Part shown: one piece after another, positions 17,714 through 27,022 of the stretch
Layout of the letters: each line of letters starts with the position of its first letter
Position numbering within the stretch: position 1 is the first letter of the stretch
Origin: Candidatus Woesearchaeota archaeon
GTDB lineage: Archaea; Nanobdellota; Nanobdellia; Pacearchaeales; GW2011-AR1
Length of the DNA: 60,084 bases
Direction of reading: 5' to 3'
Assembly: GCA_964344105.1 (NCBI GenBank)
Contig: CAYFMD010000004.1
Location: forward strand, 1 to 60,084
The notes under the pieces: model-generated
Told to the model about the DNA's origin: nothing
Seen by the model: the letters and a program-made list of their open reading frames with translations, nothing else
Database searches by the model: none
Position numbers and translations under genes: made by a program

Positions 17714-18548
17714 TGGAAAAGAAGTAGCTGGAAAAATATTAGATAAACTTAGATTAGAGGTTGCTGAGATGGATAGAAAGCCTGGATTAGCGATTGTCCT
17801 TGTGGGAGATAATCCGGCATCCCAGGTTTATGTTAGGATTAAGCAAAAAAGATGTCAGGAAATTGGAATTGAATGCAAGAACATTACTTTAGGCAAGGAA
17901 GTTAGTGAAAGAGAGGTTTTAGAGGAAATTGGAAGGTTAAATTTTGATTCAGAGGTTAATGGGATTATAGTGCAGCTTCCTCTTCCAGAGCATATTGATA
18001 AAAGAAAAGTTTTGAATGCTATTGATCCTAAGAAGGATGTGGATGGGTTGCATCCATTTAATATGGGGAGTTTGATGATTAATGATAATAAGTTGTTGCC
18101 TGCTACTGCTTCAGGAGTTATGAAGCTTTTAGAGAGCAGTGGAATTGATCTTTCTGGAAAGCATGCTTGTGTTATTGGGAGAAGTGAGTTAGTGGGAAAG
18201 CCGGTTTCTTTATTGTTGCAGCAGAAAAATTGTACAGTTACTATGTGTCATTCGGGCACTGAAAGACTTTCAGATATCACTAAGTTTTCAGATATTGTTG
18301 TTGTAGCTGCTGGAATGCCGGGATTGCTTGCTAAGGAAATGATTAAAGAAGGTGCAGTTGTTATTGATGTAGGCATTAGTAAAGTTGATGATAAGATTGT
18401 TGGAGATGTTGATAAGGATGTTGAAGAAGTTGCAAGTTATTTTACTCCTGTTCCAGGAGGGGTTGGACCGATGACAGTTGCCTGTCTGTTAGAGAATGTT
18501 GTTAAGGCTTGTAAAGAGGATGCCTCTCAAAAAGCCTCTCCACAATAG
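17694..18548 (+). CDS. folD: Bifunctional methylenetetrahydrofolate dehydrogenase/methenyl-THF cyclohydrolase
   Basis: LVGDNPASQVYVRIKQK, IVQLPLP, DVDGLHPFN, GRSELVGKPV, TPVPGGVGPMT are canonical FolD blocks. Confidence 0.9.
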   Translation: MKMVLIDGKEVAGKILDKLRLEVAEMDRKPGLAIVLVGDNPASQVYVRIKQKRCQEIGIECKNITLGKEVSEREVLEEIGRLNFDSEVNGIIVQLPLPEHIDKRKVLNAIDPKKDVDGLHPFNMGSLMINDNKLLPATASGVMKLLESSGIDLSGKHACVIGRSELVGKPVSLLLQQKNCTVTMCHSGTERLSDITKFSDIVVVAAGMPGLLAKEMIKEGAVVIDVGISKVDDKIVGDVDKDVEEVASYFTPVPGGVGPMTVACLLENVVKACKEDASQKASPQ

Positions 18549-19062
18549 CATCTAGATTTCCAGGTTCTACTCCATCAAAAGTCCTTCTAAAAGCTTCTAA
18601 ACTATCATCTTCTGCTTCATTCATCCATTCAACTAATCCGGGTTCGTTTGGAGATTCAAAATAAGTTAGGTCTACATGTTCCCCATACACAAAATCAAAA
18701 ATTGTTTTAACTCTTGGCATTTGATATTCGCAAGTAACTACGGCTATACTTTCAAATCCATGGGGCTTAATTATATCCCTTCTAGTAAAAACTGCTTGTC
18801 CTACTGTATCTAAGGAGCTTGGTTCTAAGAATATTGATTCTCTGTTAATATCTTGAGGATGGTTTTCTAGTGCATATCTCTCCATAGCTTCTGCATGTGC
18901 ACAAGGAGATTCATAAGCATGTCCTCCACTGAAAGTTAAGCTTAGGGCCCTACTTCTTCTGTATAAATCCATTCCCTTTTCCACCCTATTGGTAGTTAAG
19001 GTGTCTAATTCTCCACTTTCATCAACATGTGAAGAAATAACTATTGCTGTTTGGTAGTCCAT
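18502..19062 (-). CDS. DUF218 (YdcF/ElyC-like) protein
   Basis: SGGHAYESPCAHAEAMERYAL core resembles the DUF218 sGG...EA..m motif. Confidence 0.5.
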   Translation of the reverse strand: MDYQTAIVISSHVDESGELDTLTTNRVEKGMDLYRRSRALSLTFSGGHAYESPCAHAEAMERYALENHPQDINRESIFLEPSSLDTVGQAVFTRRDIIKPHGFESIAVVTCEYQMPRVKTIFDFVYGEHVDLTYFESPNEPGLVEWMNEAEDDSLEAFRRTFDGVEPGNLDAIVERLFERHPLYKP

Positions 19063-19997
19063 CTTATCTTGTTTTTATTTTTATCAAAAATAAAAACCTC
19101 TTCATTAAATAGACCATCAAAAACTCCTTTGGCTGCTACTTTTGCAGATTCTAAATGACCTTTTTTTACAAATTGGAAGATTGTTAAAGGGAATTTAGTT
19201 GCAAAGAAAAAAGGCAGGAAGAAGAGGTTCTTTAGTCCTGCATTCTTTTTCATGAATAGTACAAATGCTCTGTTTAATAGATATACCCTGAATGGATTTT
19301 CCTTAAGAGACATTCCACCACCCCTTTTATGATAAAGTCTTGTTGAACCTACCACAACTATCTTGTACCCGGCCCTCTTTAATCTCAAACACCAATCTAC
19401 ATCTTCGTAATTTAGGAAGTAGGTTTCATCATAAAGTCCGATCTCTTCAAAGGTAGACCTTCTTGCTAGATGAGATCCGCCTCCTGTTGCGTCTCTTTCA
19501 ATATTCCCTAAAAGCTGGCCCTGATATTCTTGATCTTGACCATAGACTTTAGTTTTGCCTATCCACATATTCATATCATAACCTGCCATCCTTAGAAGAT
19601 TTGGTTCCTCGGTGTAAAAGTATAAACATCCGACCATCCCAATTTTTGGGTCTGATTTTAGGACCTCAAGCATTCTTTCTATTGTTTCTGGTTCAACTAT
19701 TTCATCATCATCAAGCCTTAGAATAAATTCACCTTTCGATGCCTTAATACAATTATTAATTGCCATAGGAGATCCAAGATTATGTTCATTTTCTTGTATA
19801 ATCACTTCCGGGTACATACTTTTGATAGTCTCTGCTGAACCATCTGTTGAACCATTATCTGCTATTATAATTTCTATGTTATCGTGAGTACTAGCATTTA
19901 GAGATTCTATGCATTTTATTAAATCCTCAATGCGATTCATTGTTGGGAAGACTACACTTACTAGATCTTTTTCTACTTTTTTGTTGTTAATTTTCAT
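19041..19997 (-). CDS. GT2-family glycosyltransferase
   Basis: VSVVFPTMNR, IIADNGSTDGS, LRLDDDE (DxD) typical GT-A/GT2 blocks. Confidence 0.8.
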   Translation of the reverse strand: MKINNKKVEKDLVSVVFPTMNRIEDLIKCIESLNASTHDNIEIIIADNGSTDGSAETIKSMYPEVIIQENEHNLGSPMAINNCIKASKGEFILRLDDDEIVEPETIERMLEVLKSDPKIGMVGCLYFYTEEPNLLRMAGYDMNMWIGKTKVYGQDQEYQGQLLGNIERDATGGGSHLARRSTFEEIGLYDETYFLNYEDVDWCLRLKRAGYKIVVVGSTRLYHKRGGGMSLKENPFRVYLLNRAFVLFMKKNAGLKNLFFLPFFFATKFPLTIFQFVKKGHLESAKVAAKGVFDGLFNEEVFIFDKNKNKIRWTTKQQ

Positions 19998-20799
19998 ATT
20001 GTTTGTATAGATCTGGATGATTATCCATCCACTCCTTTAATTCTTTAATCTGGACCCTAATGTCTTCAGAATTTATATCTGGAAAGTTATTTGTCCTGTC
20101 AACTATCTCTGTATTTTTTGGGTTTATAACAATTTGTTTGTTGAAATTGGTAGCTATTAAATTTAGTAAGTCAAATTTCGAAATTTTCTCTTTTGTTCTT
20201 ATATCTTTCACTCCCGAAAGGTCTTTGTAAGATTCTAAAATTTCTTTTATTGTTTTTGCTAGTTGGAGTGTTGCCATTCCATCCCATAGATGTCTGGTGA
20301 ATCCATTTGTTTCACCTTTTTCATTCATGAACCAATGAAATAATCCGCTACCATCTTTCAGTTCTGGGCCAATTATGCTTGTTCTTATAGTTAGATGTTC
20401 TGGATAATCTATTTCTCCAGCTCTCTTTGATCTACCATAAGGATTTAGGTCTGAATAACAGTCACTGCTTAGATGGATTACTTTTATTCCCAATGGTTTT
20501 GAGAATTTTGCTAGTTGATGAGGAAATAGGGAATTAATTTTAATTGCCTCTGCAGGATCTTCTTGTGCTTTCTTGACTAGGATTCCTATGCAGTTTATTA
20601 TGCAATCTATTTTTCCAGATAATTCTTCCTTGAGAATTTCTTCTCTCCAAGAATCATTTGATAAATGAAAATTTTCTCTCGTTTTTTCAATGATATTCCA
20701 ATCTGTGTTTTCTTTAAGGTAATTAGAAATCATGTGGCCAGCCATTCCTTTAGCCCCTAGAACCACTATTTTCATATTAAAGCCACTTCTTTTTCTCAA
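19987..20799 (-). CDS. RmlD/CapF-like sugar nucleotide reductase (SDR)
   Basis: MKIVVLGAKGMAGHMI Rossmann motif, YGRSK catalytic motif; immediately downstream of the 4,6-dehydratase gene. Confidence 0.65.
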   Translation of the reverse strand: MRKRSGFNMKIVVLGAKGMAGHMISNYLKENTDWNIIEKTRENFHLSNDSWREEILKEELSGKIDCIINCIGILVKKAQEDPAEAIKINSLFPHQLAKFSKPLGIKVIHLSSDCYSDLNPYGRSKRAGEIDYPEHLTIRTSIIGPELKDGSGLFHWFMNEKGETNGFTRHLWDGMATLQLAKTIKEILESYKDLSGVKDIRTKEKISKFDLLNLIATNFNKQIVINPKNTEIVDRTNNFPDINSEDIRVQIKELKEWMDNHPDLYKQYEN

Positions 20800-21841
20800 A
20801 TTTTAGCTGCTCTGGATCTAAGTCTTCTAAAAACCCTTGTCCTAAATCTTTTGACATCCACCCATCTTTTTCTAGGACATCCTTTAATTTTTCTTTGTCT
20901 AATTGAATTGTGTTAGTTGAATTGAATTCTGTAAAATTGACTCTTTTTCTTCCTGCATATTTTTCTTCTAACCCATTTATTTTAATGTTGGGCAAGATTA
21001 TGAAGAATCCTTCATCTTCCAATGTTCTATGAGAATCATATCTTGAAACTAAAACTTCATGAATTTTTTCTCCAGGCCTTATCCCAATCTCCCTTATCTT
21101 TGTTTCAGAATCTCCAAGCTCTTCTACCATAAGATTTGCTAAGTCTAGAATTTTTGCTGCAGGCATTTTCATTACAAAGATTTCTCCACCATGTGAATTT
21201 AGAATGCTTTTGAAAACTAGTTCTATGGCCTGCCTTAAAGTTAAGAAGAATCTTGTCATTTCTCCATTTGTGAGAGTTACCTCATTATTCTTTCTTATTT
21301 GTTCCTTGAATAAGGGTACAACACTTCCTGCACTTCCAATTACATTTCCCCCCCTAACACAAACGAATTGAGTGTCTCCAGAATAGTTGTTTGCGGCTAT
21401 TACAAGCTTCTCAGCGCATTGTTTTGTTACACCATACAGATTCAATGGGTCTACTGCTTTGTCAGTTGATACAAAGATTACTTTCTTTACCTTGTTCTTT
21501 ATGCTAGCATCAACAACATTTTGAGTTCCATGAATATTTGTTTGAACAACCTCCCAAGGATTTGTTTCACATACTGGAACGTGCTTAAGTGCGGCCATGT
21601 GAAATACATAATCTACGCCCTCCATGACTAAATCTAGCCTGCTTCTGTCTCTAACATCTCCAATCATAAATCTTAGAGCAGGATTATTTGCAAATTTGTG
21701 TTGCATTTCTACCTGCTTTTGTTCTCCCCTGCTATAAATTCTTACTTCCTGAGGATTATATCTTTGTAATAGTTGCTTAACTAGTTCGTTCGCCCAAGAA
21801 CCTGTTCCACCTGTAATCAAAATCTTTTTGTTGTCAAACAT
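20777..21841 (-). CDS. UDP-GlcNAc 4,6-dehydratase family protein (PseB/FnlA/CapE-like)
   Basis: MFDNKKILITGGTGSWANELVKQLL, IGDVRD, YGVTK; typical length 354 aa. Confidence 0.8.
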   Translation of the reverse strand: MFDNKKILITGGTGSWANELVKQLLQRYNPQEVRIYSRGEQKQVEMQHKFANNPALRFMIGDVRDRSRLDLVMEGVDYVFHMAALKHVPVCETNPWEVVQTNIHGTQNVVDASIKNKVKKVIFVSTDKAVDPLNLYGVTKQCAEKLVIAANNYSGDTQFVCVRGGNVIGSAGSVVPLFKEQIRKNNEVTLTNGEMTRFFLTLRQAIELVFKSILNSHGGEIFVMKMPAAKILDLANLMVEELGDSETKIREIGIRPGEKIHEVLVSRYDSHRTLEDEGFFIILPNIKINGLEEKYAGRKRVNFTEFNSTNTIQLDKEKLKDVLEKDGWMSKDLGQGFLEDLDPEQLKFEKKKWL

Positions 21842-21880
21842 GTACTAAAATTAAGAATTTTGCCAGTATAAAAAGATTTA

Positions 21881-22318
21881 TTGGATCTAAGAGAGGTTTT
21901 TATAGTCCAATCAATTAAGCTTAAAATGAATACGTTTAGAAAGTTCATGGCATTTTGTGTAGTGGGCGGGCTGGCTTTCTTAATCGATATAGGATTTGTG
22001 AATCTTTTCTTCTTTTTAGGGTTACCATTTCCAACCGCTAGAACATTTTCTATTACTCTTGCTTTAGTTTTCAACTTTTTTGTAAATAGGAGTTTTACAT
22101 TTAAGGCTAAACACACTCATGCTAAAAAGCAAGTTTTGCCATTTATTGTAGTCTATGTTATTGCAAATTTAGTTAATTTGTTTTCTAGTATTCTGATAGT
22201 TAATTTGGCAGGCGAGAACGTAATTAGTATAAATTGGGCTAGCTTTATTGGAACTGCAGTTAGTATTCCATTTAGCTTCTTTGGTTCCCTGATTTGGACA
22301 TTCCGAAAAAAGAAATAA
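21881..22318 (+). CDS. GtrA-family membrane protein
   Basis: FMAFCVVGGLAFLIDIGFVNLFF and 4-TM layout with FNFFVNRSFTF; start probably the internal MNTFRKF. Confidence 0.7.
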   Translation: MDLREVFIVQSIKLKMNTFRKFMAFCVVGGLAFLIDIGFVNLFFFLGLPFPTARTFSITLALVFNFFVNRSFTFKAKHTHAKKQVLPFIVVYVIANLVNLFSSILIVNLAGENVISINWASFIGTAVSIPFSFFGSLIWTFRKKK

Positions 22319-22797
22319 AACCTTTTATAGGAGAGTTATTTTTAGCTTCTATGAGTTTAAGAGAGAAGATTGTGTACAAGTTCTTTGAGCAAATAACGGT
22401 TTTAGGGAGTGTTTCATTTTATACCATATTTGTACTTTTCTTCTTTGCTATTGGAGATTATGTTAATTCAATAAAGCTAATCGTGGGAATGGGTATAATG
22501 TATATTGTTGCTATTGGAATAAGATTATTCTATTTTAAACCAAGGCCTGAAAAATTAGAACATAATAGCTGGATTGAAAAAATAGATGCTAGCAGTTTTC
22601 CGAGTATTCATTCAGGTAGAGTGGTTTTCTTGTATAGCTTTTTTGTAAGTCTTGCTCTTGGTAATCGGGTTAATATTTTGGTGTTCTTATTAATGTTATT
22701 AGTTTTCTGTTCTAGAATTTACTTGAAGAAACATTATTGGATAGATGTTCTAGGTGGAGCGATTTTAGGAGCTTTTGTGGGATGGTTAGTTTTATAG
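22294..22797 (+). CDS. PAP2-family polyprenyl-(di)phosphate phosphatase
   Basis: PAP2 motifs KPRP, SFPSIHS, SRIYLKKHYWIDV. Confidence 0.75.
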   Translation: MDIPKKEIKPFIGELFLASMSLREKIVYKFFEQITVLGSVSFYTIFVLFFFAIGDYVNSIKLIVGMGIMYIVAIGIRLFYFKPRPEKLEHNSWIEKIDASSFPSIHSGRVVFLYSFFVSLALGNRVNILVFLLMLLVFCSRIYLKKHYWIDVLGGAILGAFVGWLVL

Positions 22798-23628
22798 ATA
22801 GAATGCAATAATTATTATTAATAGCCAGATCGCTAGCGAGATTATATTTTCTTTGCTAAGGATGAATTTCTCTGGGTTTCTTATCTTTTCTGGTTCAGTT
22901 TTTGTTTTTCTAAAGAAGTTAGATATTATGTAAAGTGCTACTGGGAGGCTCAAAAGCAATAATGGTTTATTTGTTAGTATGCTGTATATTGAGAAGAAGA
23001 TGAATACCGAAGTTATAGATAGTGTGGATAAGATATTGAAAGTTTCCTTATCTGATTGGGAGTAGTTTGGCCTATATTTCTTGTAATCAAGCTCCATTGA
23101 TCTTTTTGTGCTTACTAAAAACATAGACAGGAAGAATGTACATAGGATTACCCATCCCGATACTGGCTCATTTATTATGAATGTTCCAGATACTGCACGT
23201 ATCACAAAATTTGTTGAGATGGTTATTACATCTAGGAAGGGTATTTTCTTTATTATGAAAGTATAGGCTTGAGATAAGATGTATAATGCTAGGACTGATA
23301 ATAAGAATGTATTAGAGAGTTTGTATGCAATCAGAATTGATAGATTGAATAAGACCAAAGAGATTATTAATGCTACTAATGGGCTTATTTTTCCTGAAGC
23401 AAGGGGGCGATTTTTCTTCTCAGGATGGTTTTTGTCTTTATCAATATCTATTATATCATTTATTATGTAGTAAGAAGATGAGATCAGGCATAATGAAATG
23501 AATCCAGGGGTTGTTAGAATAAATAATTCTAGATTAAATAGGTTGAATGAAAAGACTAGAGAAATGTAGATTATGAGGTTTTTGTACCACTGTTTTACTC
23601 TTAATAGTTTTATCAGCTCTAACGCCAT
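22792..23628 (-). CDS. UbiA-family prenyltransferase, decaprenyl-phosphate phosphoribosyltransferase-like
   Basis: YYIINDIIDIDKDKNHPEKKNRPLASGKI matches the NDxxDxxxD...HPxKxxRPxAxG block I recall for DPPR synthase (Rv3806c type); 8-9 TM helices. Confidence 0.75.
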   Translation of the reverse strand: MALELIKLLRVKQWYKNLIIYISLVFSFNLFNLELFILTTPGFISLCLISSSYYIINDIIDIDKDKNHPEKKNRPLASGKISPLVALIISLVLFNLSILIAYKLSNTFLLSVLALYILSQAYTFIIKKIPFLDVITISTNFVIRAVSGTFIINEPVSGWVILCTFFLSMFLVSTKRSMELDYKKYRPNYSQSDKETFNILSTLSITSVFIFFSIYSILTNKPLLLLSLPVALYIISNFFRKTKTEPEKIRNPEKFILSKENIISLAIWLLIIIIAFYL

Positions 23629-23748
23629 TTTTCTATATAATTTTTTGAAATTTCTTTTTTATAACCAAGATTGCCTTTAGAAATATATTTTAGAAAATCT
23701 ACTAATTCTAGGATGAATGCTTAAATATAGACAAATTATTTTGCTATT

Positions 23749-24795
23749 ATGAAAAAGCTGTTGATTACTGGTGGGGCTGGTTTTTTAGGATATCATCTTT
23801 GTAGAATTCTTTCTAATAGATTTGATGAGATTGTTATCTTAGATATAGATGAGTTCAATAAAGAAGAGTATGCGAGCAATGTTAAGTATTTTAAAGTGGA
23901 TGTTAGAGACAAGAATGCTGTTGAGAAGATAATATCTAGTGAGAGGCCAGATTTTGTCATTCAGGCTGCTGCTGCATTGCCCCTTAATGATAAGAAGACT
24001 ATATATGAAGTCAATCTTGGAGGAACTAGGAATATTATGCAAAGCAGTTTAGATAACAGTGTTAAGAGAGTTGTTTTTATTTCGTCTACTGCAGTCTATG
24101 GGGTTCCAGAAAAGCATCCTTTGTATGAAGATGATGAAATGGTAGGTGTAGGGCCCTATGGTACTACGAAGATATTGGGAGAAAAAATCTGTGAAGAGTT
24201 TCGAAATAAAGGATTATGTGTTCCAATAATAAGGCCAAAGACGTTTATTGGTACTGGAAGGTTGGGCGTTTTTCAGATATTGTATGATTGGGTTGAAAGT
24301 GGTAAGAGAATTCCCATAATCGGAAATGGTAGAAATAAGTACCAGTTATTAGAGGTTGGAGATTTAGTGGAAGCCATCTATCTTATGTTAGTTGAAGATA
24401 GTAAGAAGGTAGATGATGTTTTCAATGTAGGATCTGTTGATTATGGTACAGTTAATTTTGATGTGGGAAATTTATGTAAGAATGCTGGCAATGGGGCCAG
24501 GGTTTTTAAGACTCCTGCAAGGATTTTGAAAATTTTTTTGAAAATTTTTGAGAGGTTAGGAATTAGCCCTCTATATGAGTGGGTTTATGGTACTGCAGAT
24601 AAAGATTCTTTTGTTTCAACAGAAAAGATTCAGAAGCTTGGATGGAAACCTAAATATAGTAATTCAGAGGCTCTGATTAGATCCTATAATTGGTATTTAG
24701 AAAATAAGGTGGATGCAGATTCTAAGGGAACTGGAGTTACCCATAGGGTTGCTTGGAGTCAAGGTATTTTGGGGCTAGCAAAAAAGATTATGTAA
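23749..24795 (+). CDS. NAD-dependent epimerase/dehydratase (SDR)
   Basis: LLITGGAGFLGYHL, YGTTK catalytic motif. Confidence 0.8.
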   Translation: MKKLLITGGAGFLGYHLCRILSNRFDEIVILDIDEFNKEEYASNVKYFKVDVRDKNAVEKIISSERPDFVIQAAAALPLNDKKTIYEVNLGGTRNIMQSSLDNSVKRVVFISSTAVYGVPEKHPLYEDDEMVGVGPYGTTKILGEKICEEFRNKGLCVPIIRPKTFIGTGRLGVFQILYDWVESGKRIPIIGNGRNKYQLLEVGDLVEAIYLMLVEDSKKVDDVFNVGSVDYGTVNFDVGNLCKNAGNGARVFKTPARILKIFLKIFERLGISPLYEWVYGTADKDSFVSTEKIQKLGWKPKYSNSEALIRSYNWYLENKVDADSKGTGVTHRVAWSQGILGLAKKIM

Positions 24796-26046
24796 TTAAT
24801 TATCTTCCAGAATTAATTTGGCAGTTTTTATTCCAGATTCTAATGCTACATTCATATTTCTTATCTTAGGGTAGGTTAGCTGAATTCCAGAGAAATAAAG
24901 GCCATCTATTGGAGTTCTGTAATCTGGCATGTATTTATGGTAATCAATATCATAGATCGGCTCTGCGTATTTCGTACGCATTACTTTGACCCAATTAATT
25001 TTTGATTGAGGGAAGTATTTCTTTAGAACTTTAAGATATTTTTCTTTGATTTCTCCTTCGGAGAGATTTAGATCTTCTTCGCTTCCGCCATATCTTAGAC
25101 ACCAACTCACTTTGTCCTCATAAATATCACAAAGGATAGAATGTTGCATTATTATGTGCATATCTTCATCAAATAAATTGATCCAATAGTTATCTTTATC
25201 TAGAAATTCTTGGGTTCCAAAAACTAATCCAACTCCTGGACAATATTTTACTTTTTCGAGTTGATTTCTATAATCTTCTGGCAATCCTTTCGCTATTTTT
25301 ATGAAAACTTCAAAAGGGATTGTATTTATTATCAGATCGTATTTTATTTTCTTTCCAGATTCTATTATGTATTTTTCTTTAAGATTGATCTCTGTAATCT
25401 TTGAATTTATTTTTATCTTTCCACTGTTTTTTTCTATTTGCTCTTTTAAGCCATCTATCATTGGTTGATAGCTTGTTTCAGGGAATGTAAAATCATCTTG
25501 TACCTCCTTTTCATAGAGCCTATTTGCAAATTGCTTTGCAGAGATCCTATTTAGGGGAACATTAAATTTGTTCTTAGAATAAAGATGGTAGAAAATTTTA
25601 TCTGTAACTGACTTCCCACAATATTTGTTTAGCCAAGTTTCTGCATCTAACCCTTCTTTTAAATTATTTGGATTTAGAAGGAATATTGTGTAAAGACCAA
25701 AAAGTCCAAACCTAAATTTTTCATATAAATTTAGATAGTTAAATTTTGCAAATTTTAATATTTTGTTTATTGTGTTAAGCTTTCCATTAACACCTATTGA
25801 GACGTTGATTTTTTTCCATTTTAGATTGTTATTTGTAAATCTATTTAGATATGCTAGAGTGTTAGTGTTGCTTCTTATGATATGATGGTAGAACATAGGG
25901 ATTCTTTTTCCATTATGTTCAAAGGTAGATGCCAACCCTCCTAAAAAAGGCGCAGCCTCATAAACTTCTACCTTGAATTTTTTTGATAAAATGTCTGCTG
26001 CTGCCAATCCTGAAAGTCCCCCTCCAAGAACAATAATTTTTTTCAT
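24796..26046 (-). CDS. FAD/NAD(P)-dependent oxidoreductase (amine-oxidase/phytoene-desaturase-like fold)
   Basis: IIVLGGGLSGLAAADIL...VYEAAPFLGGLA dinucleotide-binding motif. Confidence 0.7.
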   Translation of the reverse strand: MKKIIVLGGGLSGLAAADILSKKFKVEVYEAAPFLGGLASTFEHNGKRIPMFYHHIIRSNTNTLAYLNRFTNNNLKWKKINVSIGVNGKLNTINKILKFAKFNYLNLYEKFRFGLFGLYTIFLLNPNNLKEGLDAETWLNKYCGKSVTDKIFYHLYSKNKFNVPLNRISAKQFANRLYEKEVQDDFTFPETSYQPMIDGLKEQIEKNSGKIKINSKITEINLKEKYIIESGKKIKYDLIINTIPFEVFIKIAKGLPEDYRNQLEKVKYCPGVGLVFGTQEFLDKDNYWINLFDEDMHIIMQHSILCDIYEDKVSWCLRYGGSEEDLNLSEGEIKEKYLKVLKKYFPQSKINWVKVMRTKYAEPIYDIDYHKYMPDYRTPIDGLYFSGIQLTYPKIRNMNVALESGIKTAKLILEDN

Positions 26047-26975
26047 TCTATCTTCTCCATTAATTTAGTATAATTGTAATATGGTGAGTTTAGCATTTTA
26101 CTGACCCCCTCTTTGAAAGGTGTGTAATTTACATTAAACTCTGATTCCCAATCTTCTAATGGGAAGATATCTCCTGCAGTTAAAGCTGAGAGTTGTTCAG
26201 GCACATAAGGTTTTTTCCCCTTAATGAAATTATAAATGTTAAATAAGGATGTGAATAGGGGTATTGGAAGTTTTATGAAAAGTGTTTTTTTGTTTTTTTG
26301 TTTTCTTATTTCTCTTAAGAGGTTTATGAAATATATTCTTTCCTTTCCTATTAAATTATAAGTTTTATTTTCCGGTTTTCTTTCTATAAGGTTTATTATT
26401 ACTTTTGCAAGGTCCTTTACAAATAATGGCTGTCTTATGTATTCTCCAGATCCGGGCATTGGAAATAGAATTTGATTGTCTAATGATTTTATTATGAAAT
26501 CTAGGTGTTTCATATCGAAGCATCCATACATTAATGGAGGCCTTAATATTGTATATTGACATTTAGAATTTTTTACTATGTTTTCTCCAATTGTTTTTGT
26601 TTCTGTATAAAGATCCTTAGCTACAGAAATAACTACTGAAGAGCTTATATGAATTAAGGAGACTTTATTTTTTTCGCAAATATCTATGATATTTCTTATA
26701 CTCTCCACATTATTTTTTTCATAGGGATCTCTTTCTGGAGAGGATATTTGTGCTTGTAGTTGGATTATTACATCTGCATTATTGAATAGTTCTTTTGGAA
26801 TTTTTGTTGATAAATCTATGCAGAGAGTTTCTATCTGTGGGTTAATTTTTTTAGCGAGATTTAGATTATTTTGGTTTTTATCTATGGCAATTATATGGTA
26901 ATTAGAACCTTTTAATTCATCTAATAGATTTAAACCAACCAACCCTGCAGCACCAGTAATTACAATCTTTTTCAT
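26043..26975 (-). CDS. NAD-dependent epimerase/dehydratase (SDR)
   Basis: KIVITGAAGLVGLNL, YTETK catalytic motif; start/stop overlap with the upstream oxidoreductase gene. Confidence 0.75.
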   Translation of the reverse strand: MKKIVITGAAGLVGLNLLDELKGSNYHIIAIDKNQNNLNLAKKINPQIETLCIDLSTKIPKELFNNADVIIQLQAQISSPERDPYEKNNVESIRNIIDICEKNKVSLIHISSSVVISVAKDLYTETKTIGENIVKNSKCQYTILRPPLMYGCFDMKHLDFIIKSLDNQILFPMPGSGEYIRQPLFVKDLAKVIINLIERKPENKTYNLIGKERIYFINLLREIRKQKNKKTLFIKLPIPLFTSLFNIYNFIKGKKPYVPEQLSALTAGDIFPLEDWESEFNVNYTPFKEGVSKMLNSPYYNYTKLMEKIE

Positions 26976-27022
26976 AGAAAATCTTTTGTTTGAAGGTATT
27001 TAATGTTTATTTTACTTTGAGA

